A DNA stretch of 63,610 bases, the filler included, from Candidatus Woesearchaeota archaeon (GTDB lineage Archaea > Nanobdellota > Nanobdellia > Woesearchaeales > GCA-2687795), in NCBI GenBank assembly GCA_030753365.1. It is 10 parts of 10 records of this genome, joined end to end, with 100 filler letters (N's around TTAATTAATTAA, not from the genome) between each part and the next. Parts side by side here need not be neighbours in the genome. Positions count along the whole stretch, not along the records: positions 14,305 to 18,476 come from JASMCJ010000003.1; positions 18,577 to 32,421 come from JASMCJ010000004.1; 8 more parts are not named here. The stretch is one strand, 5' to 3'. Positions 15,141-23,872 of this stretch are shown here, piece after piece. The notes below the pieces were generated by a model. It had not been told where the DNA came from. It ran no database searches and saw only the letters and a program-made list of their open reading frames with translations. The position numbers and the translations under genes were made by a program. Every line of letters starts with the position of its first letter. Position 1 is the first letter of the stretch.

Positions 15141-15536
15141 CTATGCAGGCTGCTTTGCGCCGCAAACCATACATTTAAGGAATGTTATGTCCCCATCTTT
15201 AGTTAGTTTTGTATCAGGCTTTCCGCATTCTTTGCATAGAACATACTTATTAACATAATTATTGATTTTCTCATTGATTCTTGAAGCGCTTGTCTTTGTG
15301 CCTATTATAAGCGCTTTCTTCTTTAGCTCTCCAGGAGTTGCCAACTCCTTTGATATAATTTTCAATATATGTTCAGGCTCTCTTCCTATAACACTTGCTA
15401 TTTGATAGAAATTACTTATGATTGTCTTATTACCTTGGATATGCCCTTTTACTTTTGGCACTTCAAACCTTTCTGCGCTTACAGCTTTTTCAGGAAGGTC
15501 TTCTCTTGCTTTTTTTAATAAGTCTTCATAAGTCAT
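15141..15536 (-). CDS. eif2b: Translation initiation factor aIF-2 beta
   Basis: ERFEVP, GNKTIISNF, KELATPG, CKECGKPDT...CMVCGA zinc ribbon. Confidence 0.95.
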   Translation of the reverse strand: MTYEDLLKKAREDLPEKAVSAERFEVPKVKGHIQGNKTIISNFYQIASVIGREPEHILKIISKELATPGELKKKALIIGTKTSASRINEKINNYVNKYVLCKECGKPDTKLTKDGDITFLKCMVCGAKQPA

Positions 15537-15617
15537 TTTATAAAGTAAAATAATTAAGCATTATTTAAATAACTATCGACAAATATTTATAATTCCAGCA
15601 GATATTCTATTTTATAC

Positions 15618-15766
15618 GGGCCAGTAGCTCAGTCTGGTACTTTGCGCAGACAAAAGTTTGTGTAAAGCAGAAAAGAGTGCTCGGTTGGCAATCGGGAGGT
15701 CTCGGGTTCAAATATCCCAGAGGGAGACAGCAAATCCCTTAGGATTTGAAAGTCCCGACTGGTCCA
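15618..15766 (+). tRNA. tRNA-Ala(GGC) with two introns: 15639-15673 (position 20/21) and 15713-15752 (position 59/60)
   Basis: Spliced: GGGCCAG TA GCTC AGTCTGGTA GAGT G CTCGG TT GGC AA TCGGG AGGTC TCGGG TTCAAAT CCCGA CTGGTCC A; G3:U70 Ala identity pair; BHB-like motifs TCTG/CAGA and TTCA/TGAA with 3-nt bulges; TTTATAA promoter upstream; CCA not encoded. Confidence 0.92.
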
Positions 15767-15782
15767 TTTATGAGGTGATACT

Positions 15783-16370
15783 ATGGAAAAAAGCAATAAA
15801 CTAAACGAACTCAAAGATAACTACAAAGACTGCCCAAAATGTAATGAGTTATGCAGTAACAGAACTAATATAGTGTTCGGTGTTGGAGACCCTGATAAGT
15901 GCAAAGTTGTGATTATTGGAGAAGCTCCTGGCATGAATGAAGACCTTAAGAATGAGCCTTTTGTTGGCAGATCTGGCCAAATCCTTAATTCTTTGTTGGC
16001 AGACATCGGATTGTCAAGGGATGAGGTTTATATTACTAATACTATCTTATGCAGGCCTCCTGATAACAGAAATCCTAATAGTGAAGAACTACAAAACTGC
16101 AGGCCAAGGCTTGATGAACATATTAAGCTGTTAAATCCTAAGGTTGTTATCACTTTAGGTAATTTCTCAACAAAGTATATGCTTAATACTAAAGATGGTA
16201 TTACAAGCGTTCATGGCAAGCCTGTTGAGATAGAAGGAGTTAAGATAATTCCCATGTACCATCCTGCTGTTTTATTGTATTCTGGCAATAACCCAGAGAA
16301 AAGGAAGGAATTGTTGGATGATTTTATAATTGTTAAAGATATTCTAAACGAGAAAAGAGAAGATGACTGA
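15783..16370 (+). CDS. Uracil-DNA glycosylase family 4 (Fe-S)
   Basis: CPKCNEL, IGEAPG, PFVGRSG, TNTILCRPPDNRNP, MYHPA. Confidence 0.93.
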   Translation: MEKSNKLNELKDNYKDCPKCNELCSNRTNIVFGVGDPDKCKVVIIGEAPGMNEDLKNEPFVGRSGQILNSLLADIGLSRDEVYITNTILCRPPDNRNPNSEELQNCRPRLDEHIKLLNPKVVITLGNFSTKYMLNTKDGITSVHGKPVEIEGVKIIPMYHPAVLLYSGNNPEKRKELLDDFIIVKDILNEKREDD

Positions 16371-16926
16371 AAAGATCTGCTTTATCACAACCAACAGGTA
16401 CAAGTTTAGAGAGGTAAGCGATATCCTCAAGGAATTTGACATAAAGATTGAACATTTAGATATGGATTATGAAGAGAATCATGAGCTTGGGGATGTTGAA
16501 GATATTGCCAAATCCTCAGCTATTGTTTTGTCAAAGAAGATTAACAAGCCTTTCTTTATAGAGGATACTGGCTTATGTTTTGAAGCTTACAAAGCTTTTC
16601 CTGGCGTGTTTCCAAAGTTTGTGATAAACGCTATAGGCTATGATGGCATTTTCAGATTATTAAAGGACAAGAACAGAAGCGCGCTTTTCAAGGCAGCTGT
16701 TGCATATTGCGAACCTAATAAAAATCCCGTTACTTTTACAGGAATTCTTAAAGGAAAGATTAGCGAAGTTATAGAGAACCCTAATATAGATTGTTTTGGT
16801 TATGACAGAATATTCATCCCTAATGGTTATCCAAGCACTATCTCAAACTTCCTTGATAAGAAGAACGAGTTCTCTCATAGGGCAATGGCTATAAGAATGT
16901 TAGGAAAATATTTAAAAGAAAAATAA
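16363..16926 (+). CDS. rdgB: Non-canonical purine NTP pyrophosphatase (RdgB/HAM1)
   Basis: TTNRYKFRE, EDTGL, FPGVF, FGYDRIF, KNEFSHR. Confidence 0.92.
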   Translation: MTEKICFITTNRYKFREVSDILKEFDIKIEHLDMDYEENHELGDVEDIAKSSAIVLSKKINKPFFIEDTGLCFEAYKAFPGVFPKFVINAIGYDGIFRLLKDKNRSALFKAAVAYCEPNKNPVTFTGILKGKISEVIENPNIDCFGYDRIFIPNGYPSTISNFLDKKNEFSHRAMAIRMLGKYLKEK

Positions 16927-16929
16927 GCT

Positions 16930-17478
16930 TTATGCTTCTCCTTTTCTATCAAGCGCTCTGGATGCCTGATGTTGAGCATAATGAGCACTATCTTCAGGAC
17001 GAGTCCGATAGGTATCAGTAAGATAGTTAATTTGTGCATCCGAAGACCCTGTTAAGGAAGCCATAGGCACTCTTTCATATTCTCTAAGCACTATCCTTCG
17101 TAACATAGGTTGACCGTTCCGCATTACCATATCCTGACTATCAAAACTTAATTTTCCATCTTCCATCACAGCGGTCTGTCCAAGGTATGACATGACCTGG
17201 TCGCCTGAAACTTCAAATGAATTTTCTTCAACTATATTTCTAGACGTTATGTTTATCCTTCTTTCCAAAGGAATATCTTCTTTGTTATATTTCAGTTCCT
17301 CTGAAACCTTAAGAGGAGATACCAGTACAATAACTTCATAGAAATGTTCATTATCAGCTACAACTTCTTCTGGTTCTACATGCCTTAGATTTCTCTTCAT
17401 AAAATGCGTATGAAATTCTTCTTCTTCTCTCTTTTCTGAGGGTATAAATTCATATCCTGTATCTGCCATAGTTATCAA
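16930..17478 (-). CDS. Hypothetical protein
   Basis: 182-aa ORF with GGAGG SD upstream; no motif recognised. Confidence 0.6.
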   Translation of the reverse strand: MITMADTGYEFIPSEKREEEEFHTHFMKRNLRHVEPEEVVADNEHFYEVIVLVSPLKVSEELKYNKEDIPLERRINITSRNIVEENSFEVSGDQVMSYLGQTAVMEDGKLSFDSQDMVMRNGQPMLRRIVLREYERVPMASLTGSSDAQINYLTDTYRTRPEDSAHYAQHQASRALDRKGEA

Positions 17479-17536
17479 TCCTCCTTAGTTATTTATTATA
17501 AACCTGAAATAATCCTTATATTAAAAGATTTTCGGT

Positions 17537-18476
17537 TTATATTACCTTTTTCAGCGCCTCATAAACCTTTTGAGCAGATATGTTCATGCACTCAACATTC
17601 TTGCAGTCCTTATTATAATTCCCATAAACATCATAGCAAGGAGAACAGTCAACTTCACGCTTTATTACCATTGAGCCTCTTGGCGCAAACCTTTTAGGGT
17701 TTGTAGCCCCAAACAGAACTATTAAAGGAGTTTTTACTGCAGTTGCTATATGCATTGTGCCTGAATCATGTGTTACAAACACTTTACATTTCTTCATTAA
17801 AACTGCTGCCTGCTTTATTGTTGTTTTGCCTGCAAGGTTATATGTTCTTATTTTGTCTGTTTCTTTAACTATGCTTTCATTAAGCGCAGTATCATTCTTA
17901 CCCCCAAATAATAAGACTGCTGCATTTTTCTTTTCTTTAAGGATAAGCTTTACAAACTCAATATATTTTTCCTTGGGCCATCTTTTGACATGCATCTTCT
18001 GCCCGGGATTTTCAGCTCCTCCTGCTGCAATGCCTATCAATGTTTTATTCTTAAGATTGTTATTCAATAAGAAATCATCTCCAAACTTTTTATCCTTTTC
18101 AGATAAATAAAGAAGCATATTTTTATCAGCTTTCTTTATCCCAAGCAATCCAGCAATAGCCATATAATAATCTAATTCATATTTGCTTCCATCATAAAGC
18201 ACATTTAGGTTGTTTGCAAAGCCTTCATTAAACCTATCAAATCCTATCCTAAATCCCACATTAGAAAGATAAGCAAACACTCCCCAATGCCATGATTTGT
18301 CAAGAACAAAGCAAAGATCATACTCTTTCTTCTTTAAGCTTTTAATAAGCCCAAACACTTTTAACAGCTTTTTCTTAAAGATGATTTCATCATCAAAGCT
18401 TATGACTTCATTAATATCCTTATTTCCTTCTAGTGCATCTTTTGACCAGTTTCCTGTTAAATAATCAATTTTAGAT
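17537..18476 (-). CDS. Glycosyltransferase family 9 (heptosyltransferase-like; 5'-truncated)
   Basis: KRWPKEKY, LAGKTTI, VTHDSGTMHIA, LFGATNP, CSPC; frame open to contig end. Confidence 0.9.
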
Positions 18477-18576
18477 NNNNNNNNNNNNNNNNNNNNNNNN
18501 NNNNNNNNNNNNNNNNNNNNTTAATTAATTAANNNNNNNNNNNNNNNNNNNNNNNNNNNNNNNNNNNNNNNNNNNN

Positions 18577-18775
18577 TATATGCTTCTAAAATACCTGTGC
18601 CAGCTACTTGTGCCTGACCCATTGCGTTTGCCCTTACTGCTGTTTTGCATGTGTTTTTATCAACAAATAGACTCATTGTTTTTTCAATATTTAGTAAGAA
18701 CAAACTTAGCACAGCTACCACAACAAGAAAGATTATTATCTTTACCACTGGTTTCATCGCTGCTTTTTTGTTCAT
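18577..18775 (-). CDS. Class III signal peptide (prepilin-like) protein (3'-truncated)
   Basis: MNKKA followed by hydrophobic helix, then TCKTAV; paralogous in style to the neighbouring gene. Confidence 0.65.
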
Positions 18776-18777
18776 TC

Positions 18778-19578
18778 TTAATTTAACAAGATATCACACA
18801 CGCCTTTCCTGGCAATGAGTTCTTCTGGCCCTACCAATACCCAGTAGGTGTCAGGAAATTGAAAAATCTTTTCCTGAAATTGGCTTGTTTTGAAGGATTT
18901 CATAAAGACTACATATTTTTTGCCAGGCTCTATTTTGTCAACCTCTTCATAAAAGGTTTTGTATTCTATTGGAATCCACATGAGACCTCTTGTTGTTTTT
19001 GCTTTGGATAAGTAGTCAAGATAACTTATTTCTTCTCCTTTGGGGGATATTTTATTGTTTTCAAGGTAAATCATTAAGTCTGGGAAGGGGACTGTGCCAG
19101 CATTAATTACTTCATCATCAAATTCAATAGTAGAACATAAAAGGCAGGTTTCAGTGCCAAGAAGCCCGCCTTCGTCAAATGCATCAAGCTCTCCTTCGCC
19201 TGTTTTGTACCAGCATCTTCTTAATTCTTCTGCTATAACCTGGTTAACAATAACGTCATCAAGTTCTTTAAACTTCTTTTCCAACTTCTCTCCTATTTTG
19301 ATTTTAATATTATTGGACTTTCCTTCTATATGTTCTTCAACATGGTCTTTATAAAAGATAATTTCCTTTCTGGGGCATTCTATACTTACTGGAGATTTTC
19401 CAGTGAACCCTTTTAGCTTTGACTGCGCAAATATGCTTAGTCTGCATGCATTATCGGATGCACCGCCTGTTATTGCGGCATATAGCTTGCCGCCAAAGAG
19501 GATGAGCACCATGGCAGAGGCAATTACTATTATCATGATTACTAATGTTCTTCCTTCTGCTCTTTTTTGGTGTTTCAT
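18778..19578 (-). CDS. Class III signal peptide (prepilin-like) protein
   Basis: KRA|EG then hydrophobic helix; ACRLSI, IAEELRRCW, CLLCS paired cysteines. Confidence 0.7.
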   Translation of the reverse strand: MKHQKRAEGRTLVIMIIVIASAMVLILFGGKLYAAITGGASDNACRLSIFAQSKLKGFTGKSPVSIECPRKEIIFYKDHVEEHIEGKSNNIKIKIGEKLEKKFKELDDVIVNQVIAEELRRCWYKTGEGELDAFDEGGLLGTETCLLCSTIEFDDEVINAGTVPFPDLMIYLENNKISPKGEEISYLDYLSKAKTTRGLMWIPIEYKTFYEEVDKIEPGKKYVVFMKSFKTSQFQEKIFQFPDTYWVLVGPEELIARKGVCDILLN

Positions 19579-19581
19579 TTT

Positions 19582-19716
19582 TTAGGGAGGAGTGATGATT
19601 TTATTGCTTAATCTAACTACTTGAGTTATTATAAATATTGCAAATGCGACAACAAGGATGAGGATAATGATTTGCTTGAGAGTTAGGCTTATGCCTTTTT
19701 TATTTAACTTTTTCAT
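19582..19716 (-). CDS. 44-aa minimal prepilin-like protein (not in ORF track)
   Basis: MKKLNKKG|ISLTLKQIIILILVVAFAIFIITQVVRLSNKIITPP: basic leader, KKG cleavage site, hydrophobic helix; directly upstream of two similar genes. Confidence 0.7.
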   Translation of the reverse strand: MKKLNKKGISLTLKQIIILILVVAFAIFIITQVVRLSNKIITPP

Positions 19717-19763
19717 AGGAATTGACTGCAAAATCTATTATTTAATACTTTCGTTAATGTTGG

Positions 19764-20957
19764 TTAAAAGTTTATCAGTCCTAAACTGCTTGCTACTTCA
19801 AACAAGATTCCTAAAGAGAATAAGAAGATTAAGAAGTAGCCCATGGCTTTGCTTTTTGTAAACTTTAAAATGATTCCTTTTTTGGATTTTATTTTCCAAA
19901 ATATTAAGACTATTAGTATGCCTGATGTTCCACCTGAGACTGCACCTGCAAGTCCTAAGGCGTTGATGAAGTTTGTGATGTCTTTTGCAAAAGCATCGAT
20001 TAAGAATATTAGCAGAGGGAAGGATATGGTTAGGAAGAAGGCAAGGTGTTTGTTAAGATTATAATCATATTGATACATTTCTTTTAAGGCTGTGCCTAAG
20101 GCTATGAAGGAGGTGGCCATTGCAAATACTGCAAACAGATTTCCGAAGAGCACCATCATGGGTCCAATTAGTCTTCCTAAAGCAATGGTTGCAATCCGTT
20201 CGTCTTCGCCTAATGAGTTGAAGCCTTCTAATCCTACTACACCGACTGTGATGATTGCAAATAATATGTAGATGAACATAGGTATTAATGTGCCTATGAT
20301 TATGGCTTTCTTCATTGCTTTTTTGTTTTTTCCAAGGATTTCTTTCATTTCAGGGATGGCTACTGTGCCTAAGAAGGCAAATAGAATTACACCATAAGGG
20401 GAGAAGAAGAGGAATAAGTTGGATAATCCATTAGCGGTTGGGTTGAAAAGAGTAAGGTTGGTTAGGTTTAGTTTAGGGAATGATAATAATGAGATGATAA
20501 CAACTGTGATTAACATAAGAAGGGTTATTAAGAACTCTGACCTTTTTAATGCCTTGATACCAATGAAGACTATTGCGCTTACAATAGCGAAGAAGATGAG
20601 GCTGAGAAGAATTGGGCTGCCGCCAAAGATAGCAGATAAGGCTGCGCCTTCTCCCATGGTGTAGGCAATTAATGCACCGTAGATGCCAAATATCATGGCA
20701 AACATCATAAGGGTTTTAGCTTTTTTTCCTAGATATTTTTCTGCATAACCTGTGAGCTGATGGTTGCCTTTTACTTTTAGGACGATTTCGCCAAGATAAA
20801 GATGAACTAGCAGTATGGCTAGGCCTATGCCTATGATATTCAGTATGCCTGATAATAACCCTGCTTTTGCTATAACGTAAGGAATGCCAAGAACGCCTGC
20901 GCCAATGATGCAGCCGATTAATGTGGCTGTTGCTTCAAAGACCTCTTTTTTTGCCAT
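19764..20957 (-). CDS. Aromatic amino acid permease (TyrP/Mtr, HAAAP family)
   Basis: IGCIIGAGVLGIPY, YGALIAY, YGVILFAF, ATSFIALG; about 11 TM helices. Confidence 0.85.
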   Translation of the reverse strand: MAKKEVFEATATLIGCIIGAGVLGIPYVIAKAGLLSGILNIIGIGLAILLVHLYLGEIVLKVKGNHQLTGYAEKYLGKKAKTLMMFAMIFGIYGALIAYTMGEGAALSAIFGGSPILLSLIFFAIVSAIVFIGIKALKRSEFLITLLMLITVVIISLLSFPKLNLTNLTLFNPTANGLSNLFLFFSPYGVILFAFLGTVAIPEMKEILGKNKKAMKKAIIIGTLIPMFIYILFAIITVGVVGLEGFNSLGEDERIATIALGRLIGPMMVLFGNLFAVFAMATSFIALGTALKEMYQYDYNLNKHLAFFLTISFPLLIFLIDAFAKDITNFINALGLAGAVSGGTSGILIVLIFWKIKSKKGIILKFTKSKAMGYFLIFLFSLGILFEVASSLGLINF

Positions 20958-21039
20958 TGATTAAAATGTGAGAATGAGTTATATAAAGTTTTCTCTGTGG
21001 TAAGGAGTTTTTAAGTATTTTGAATATCTTCCCTGAAGA

Positions 21040-21462
21040 GTGGTAAAGTTTATAAAACAGAACCTATTTTTTAAAGTTATAGAGGAAGTTATTCAAAGGG
21101 TAAAATATGAAGCAGTGTTAATTAAAAAATTAGTAGAATCAGGGAAAGAATATGTAAAACAAAAAGTTGCAATAAGAGGAATAATAAAAGAAGGAGAACT
21201 CGAAGGAAGAATGAAGCGTATAATAGGGCATATAAGAAAGCCTAAGATATTCTCAGAGTATAAGAACCCAGAGGATGAAAAAACATATAGAGTAATGCTC
21301 AAAGTACTAAAAAGTACTGGTAAATATGAGTATAAAGATATTAAAAGTATATTAAAGGATATGGAAAGTGCACAAGAAGATGGAAAAAATAGAACAATTG
21401 AAGGAGAACTTATCAAAAGTAATCCTTGTATATTAAATGTAAATAGTGTTTATCATAGATAG
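21040..21462 (+). CDS. Hypothetical protein (possibly OB-fold-like; start uncertain)
   Basis: 140-aa ORF; LVESGKEYVKQKVAIRGII resembles the start of an OB-fold. Confidence 0.45.
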   Translation: MVKFIKQNLFFKVIEEVIQRVKYEAVLIKKLVESGKEYVKQKVAIRGIIKEGELEGRMKRIIGHIRKPKIFSEYKNPEDEKTYRVMLKVLKSTGKYEYKDIKSILKDMESAQEDGKNRTIEGELIKSNPCILNVNSVYHR

Positions 21463-21539
21463 TGTTTATGGTTAAATATGTTATTATAAGCTGAAATTCC
21501 AAAACCTTTTTATGTAAGGAAATCACTTCTTCTATTATT

Positions 21540-22160
21540 ATGTATCATAAAGAACAGATTAAGCTGGGTTCGTTCAGCACTTCGAGGACTGAGCTGAGGG
21601 ATTTGGCGAAGGCATGGATTGTTATTTCGCTAGCTTTTGCTATTGCTATGTCTGGGTTTTCTGTTTCAAAGATTATTATCGTGTTTTTTGTGTCAGCCCT
21701 TACAGTGGGTGTTGCGTTTTTGCTGCATGAACTGGCACATAAGCTGGTTGCGCAGCATTATGGATGTTATGCTGAGTTTAGATCTTTTGATAATATGTTG
21801 ATATTAGCTATAGTTATGAGCTTTTTTGGATTTGTGTTTGCAGCACCGGGAGCGGTGATGATTTCAGGACCCGTGGGTATTAGGAAGAATGGGACAATTT
21901 CGTTAGCAGGACCTTTGGTTAATCTTATATTAGCACTTTTATGCTTGATAATACTGGTTTCATTGCCTTTTGGTATTCTGTTGAGGACTATATTTTATTA
22001 TGGGTTTATGATTAATACATGGATTGCGTTGTTTAACCTTCTTCCATTTGGTAATTTTGATGGAAGGAAGATTTTTAAGTGGAATAGGGTTGTGTATATA
22101 GCCTTAGTAGTTGTAGCAGGCGTGTTTATGATTATGCAGAGTTTTGTGCATAATTTATGA
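21540..22160 (+). CDS. Site-2 protease family (M50) membrane metalloprotease
   Basis: HELAH, AGPLVN, FNLLPFGNFDG. Confidence 0.92.
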   Translation: MYHKEQIKLGSFSTSRTELRDLAKAWIVISLAFAIAMSGFSVSKIIIVFFVSALTVGVAFLLHELAHKLVAQHYGCYAEFRSFDNMLILAIVMSFFGFVFAAPGAVMISGPVGIRKNGTISLAGPLVNLILALLCLIILVSLPFGILLRTIFYYGFMINTWIALFNLLPFGNFDGRKIFKWNRVVYIALVVVAGVFMIMQSFVHNL

Positions 22161-22184
22161 TTTCTAATATATAGTTTACAATAC

Positions 22185-22220
22185 CGAAAAGTTTATATAG
22201 GAGTATGAACAATTCATACT
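22185..22220 (+). promoter_or_regulatory. BRE/TATA promoter followed by 8-bp inverted repeat (putative operator)
   Basis: CGAAAA-G-TTTATATA (22185-22199), then AGTATGAA-caa-TTCATACT (22202-22220). Confidence 0.55.
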
Positions 22221-22221
22221 T

Positions 22222-22305
22222 ATTGATACCGAAGAATACCTCCAAGTTTTCGATATCTAAACACCCCAGTAAATGTTGAAAGGCATTTACTGGGCATCCC
22301 ATTTA
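22222..22305 (+). ncRNA. Candidate small RNA or structured leader (two hairpins)
   Basis: Hairpin 22225-22257 with ACCTCC in the loop; 13-bp hairpin CCCAGTAAATGTT-GAAA-GGCATTTACTGGG 22265-22294; starts about 25 nt after the TATA box. Confidence 0.4.
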
Positions 22306-22344
22306 CTTTAAATAAAAATTCTATAAACTGAAAAAGGTGGTAGA

Positions 22345-22920
22345 ATGAAAAATAAAATAACAGAATTGTTGAATGAAAGTATTGAAGTGAAGAAAAAGGT
22401 TGTTGAGAGCCTTACAGATGATATTGAGAGGGCTGTTAGCAAGGTTGTTGAGTGTTATAAGAATAATGGCAAATTGATTCTTTTTGGTAATGGAGGGAGC
22501 GCTGCTGACTCTCAGCATATTGCAGGAGAGATGATTCATCAGTTTGAGCTTGAAGGAAGGAAAGCGTTGCCTGCGATTGCATTGACTACAGATAGTTCGG
22601 TTATGACTGCTATTGGGAATGATTGGGGTTTTGATAAAGTGTTTGAGAGACAGGTTGAAGGATTGGCTAAGAAAGAGGATGTTATTATTGGGTTTAGCAC
22701 TAGCGGCAATTCTGGTGATGTTGTTAAGGGTGTTGAGCAGGCTAAGAAGAATGGTGCTTTTACTATTGTTTTTTCTGGCAGAGATGGTGGAAAGCTGAAG
22801 GAAGTGGCAGATTTGAGCATTGTTATTCCTTCAGAGAGTACTGCAAGAATTCAGGAGAGCCATATTACTGTTGGGCATATTTTATGCAAACTTGTTGAGG
22901 AAGAATTGGCTGAAGAATGA
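22345..22920 (+). CDS. gmhA: Phosphoheptose isomerase
   Basis: GNGGSAADSQHIA, TAIGND, STSGNS, TARIQESHI. Confidence 0.95.
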   Translation: MKNKITELLNESIEVKKKVVESLTDDIERAVSKVVECYKNNGKLILFGNGGSAADSQHIAGEMIHQFELEGRKALPAIALTTDSSVMTAIGNDWGFDKVFERQVEGLAKKEDVIIGFSTSGNSGDVVKGVEQAKKNGAFTIVFSGRDGGKLKEVADLSIVIPSESTARIQESHITVGHILCKLVEEELAEE

Positions 22921-22972
22921 AAGCAGACTCACTAATCGTTCGTAGCTGTCAGAAATCACTGAAGGTGATTTT

Positions 22973-23872
22973 ATGAAAGCACTCGTTACAGGAGGGGCTG
23001 GGTTTATTGGCTCTAATCTTGCTTTGGAATTGGAGAAACAAGGGCATGAGGTTATTGTAGTTGATAATATTTTTTCTGGAACAAAGGATAACCTGAATGA
23101 GTTTAATGGTATTTTTATTGAAAAGGATGTTTCTAAGCCTATTGAGTTTGAAGAGAAGTTTGATGCAATTTTTCATATTGCTGCTATTACTGATCCCAGG
23201 CATGATAATGATGAAGAGACGTATAATAAGAATGTTGAAGGGTTTAAGCTGATGGTTAAACTGGCTCAGGAGCATAATGCGAAGTTGGTTTATGCTTCTA
23301 CTGCTAATCTTTATGGGAATAAACCAGTGCCTATGAAAGAAGATCAGGAGAAGGAGATTATTACAGTGTATGGGAAGTCTAAGCTTAAGATGGATGAGAT
23401 GGCTGGTGAGCTTTTTGATGAAATGCATATTGTTGGGTTGAGGTTTTTTAATGTGTTTGGACCAAGAGAAGCGCATAAGGGAAGACCAGCTTCTATGATT
23501 TATCATCTTTATAATCAGATGAAGTCAGGTAATAAGCCAAAGCTGTTTAAAATGGGAGAACAGATTAGGGATCATATTTATGTTAAGGATATTGTTAGAG
23601 CAGTTATTCTTGCTTTGGATGCACCTTCTGGTGTTTATAATGTTGGCACTGGAGTTGGAACGAGTTTTAATGAAGTAGTTAAGGTGCTTAATGAAGTTTT
23701 AGGAAAGGAGTTAGAGATTGAGTATATTGATATGCCTTATGATGCCAAAACTTATCAGGCTAATACACAGGCAGATACAACTCTTGCTGAGGAGAAGCTG
23801 AAGTTTAAGGCTGAGTTTAGCTTTAAGGAGGGTGTTAAGGATTATGTTGAGTGGATGGAGGAGCAAAGATGA
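22973..23872 (+). CDS. hldD: ADP-L-glycero-D-manno-heptose 6-epimerase-like NAD-dependent epimerase
   Basis: VTGGAGFIGSN, YGKSK, LRFFNVFGPREAHKGRPASM, RDHIYVKD, YQANTQAD; operon context. Confidence 0.85.
   Translation: MKALVTGGAGFIGSNLALELEKQGHEVIVVDNIFSGTKDNLNEFNGIFIEKDVSKPIEFEEKFDAIFHIAAITDPRHDNDEETYNKNVEGFKLMVKLAQEHNAKLVYASTANLYGNKPVPMKEDQEKEIITVYGKSKLKMDEMAGELFDEMHIVGLRFFNVFGPREAHKGRPASMIYHLYNQMKSGNKPKLFKMGEQIRDHIYVKDIVRAVILALDAPSGVYNVGTGVGTSFNEVVKVLNEVLGKELEIEYIDMPYDAKTYQANTQADTTLAEEKLKFKAEFSFKEGVKDYVEWMEEQR

Noticed and set aside
22205..22279. 24-aa ORF MNNSYLL...SKC
   Set aside because: Its ATG is only about 5 nt after the TATA box, upstream of the expected transcription start
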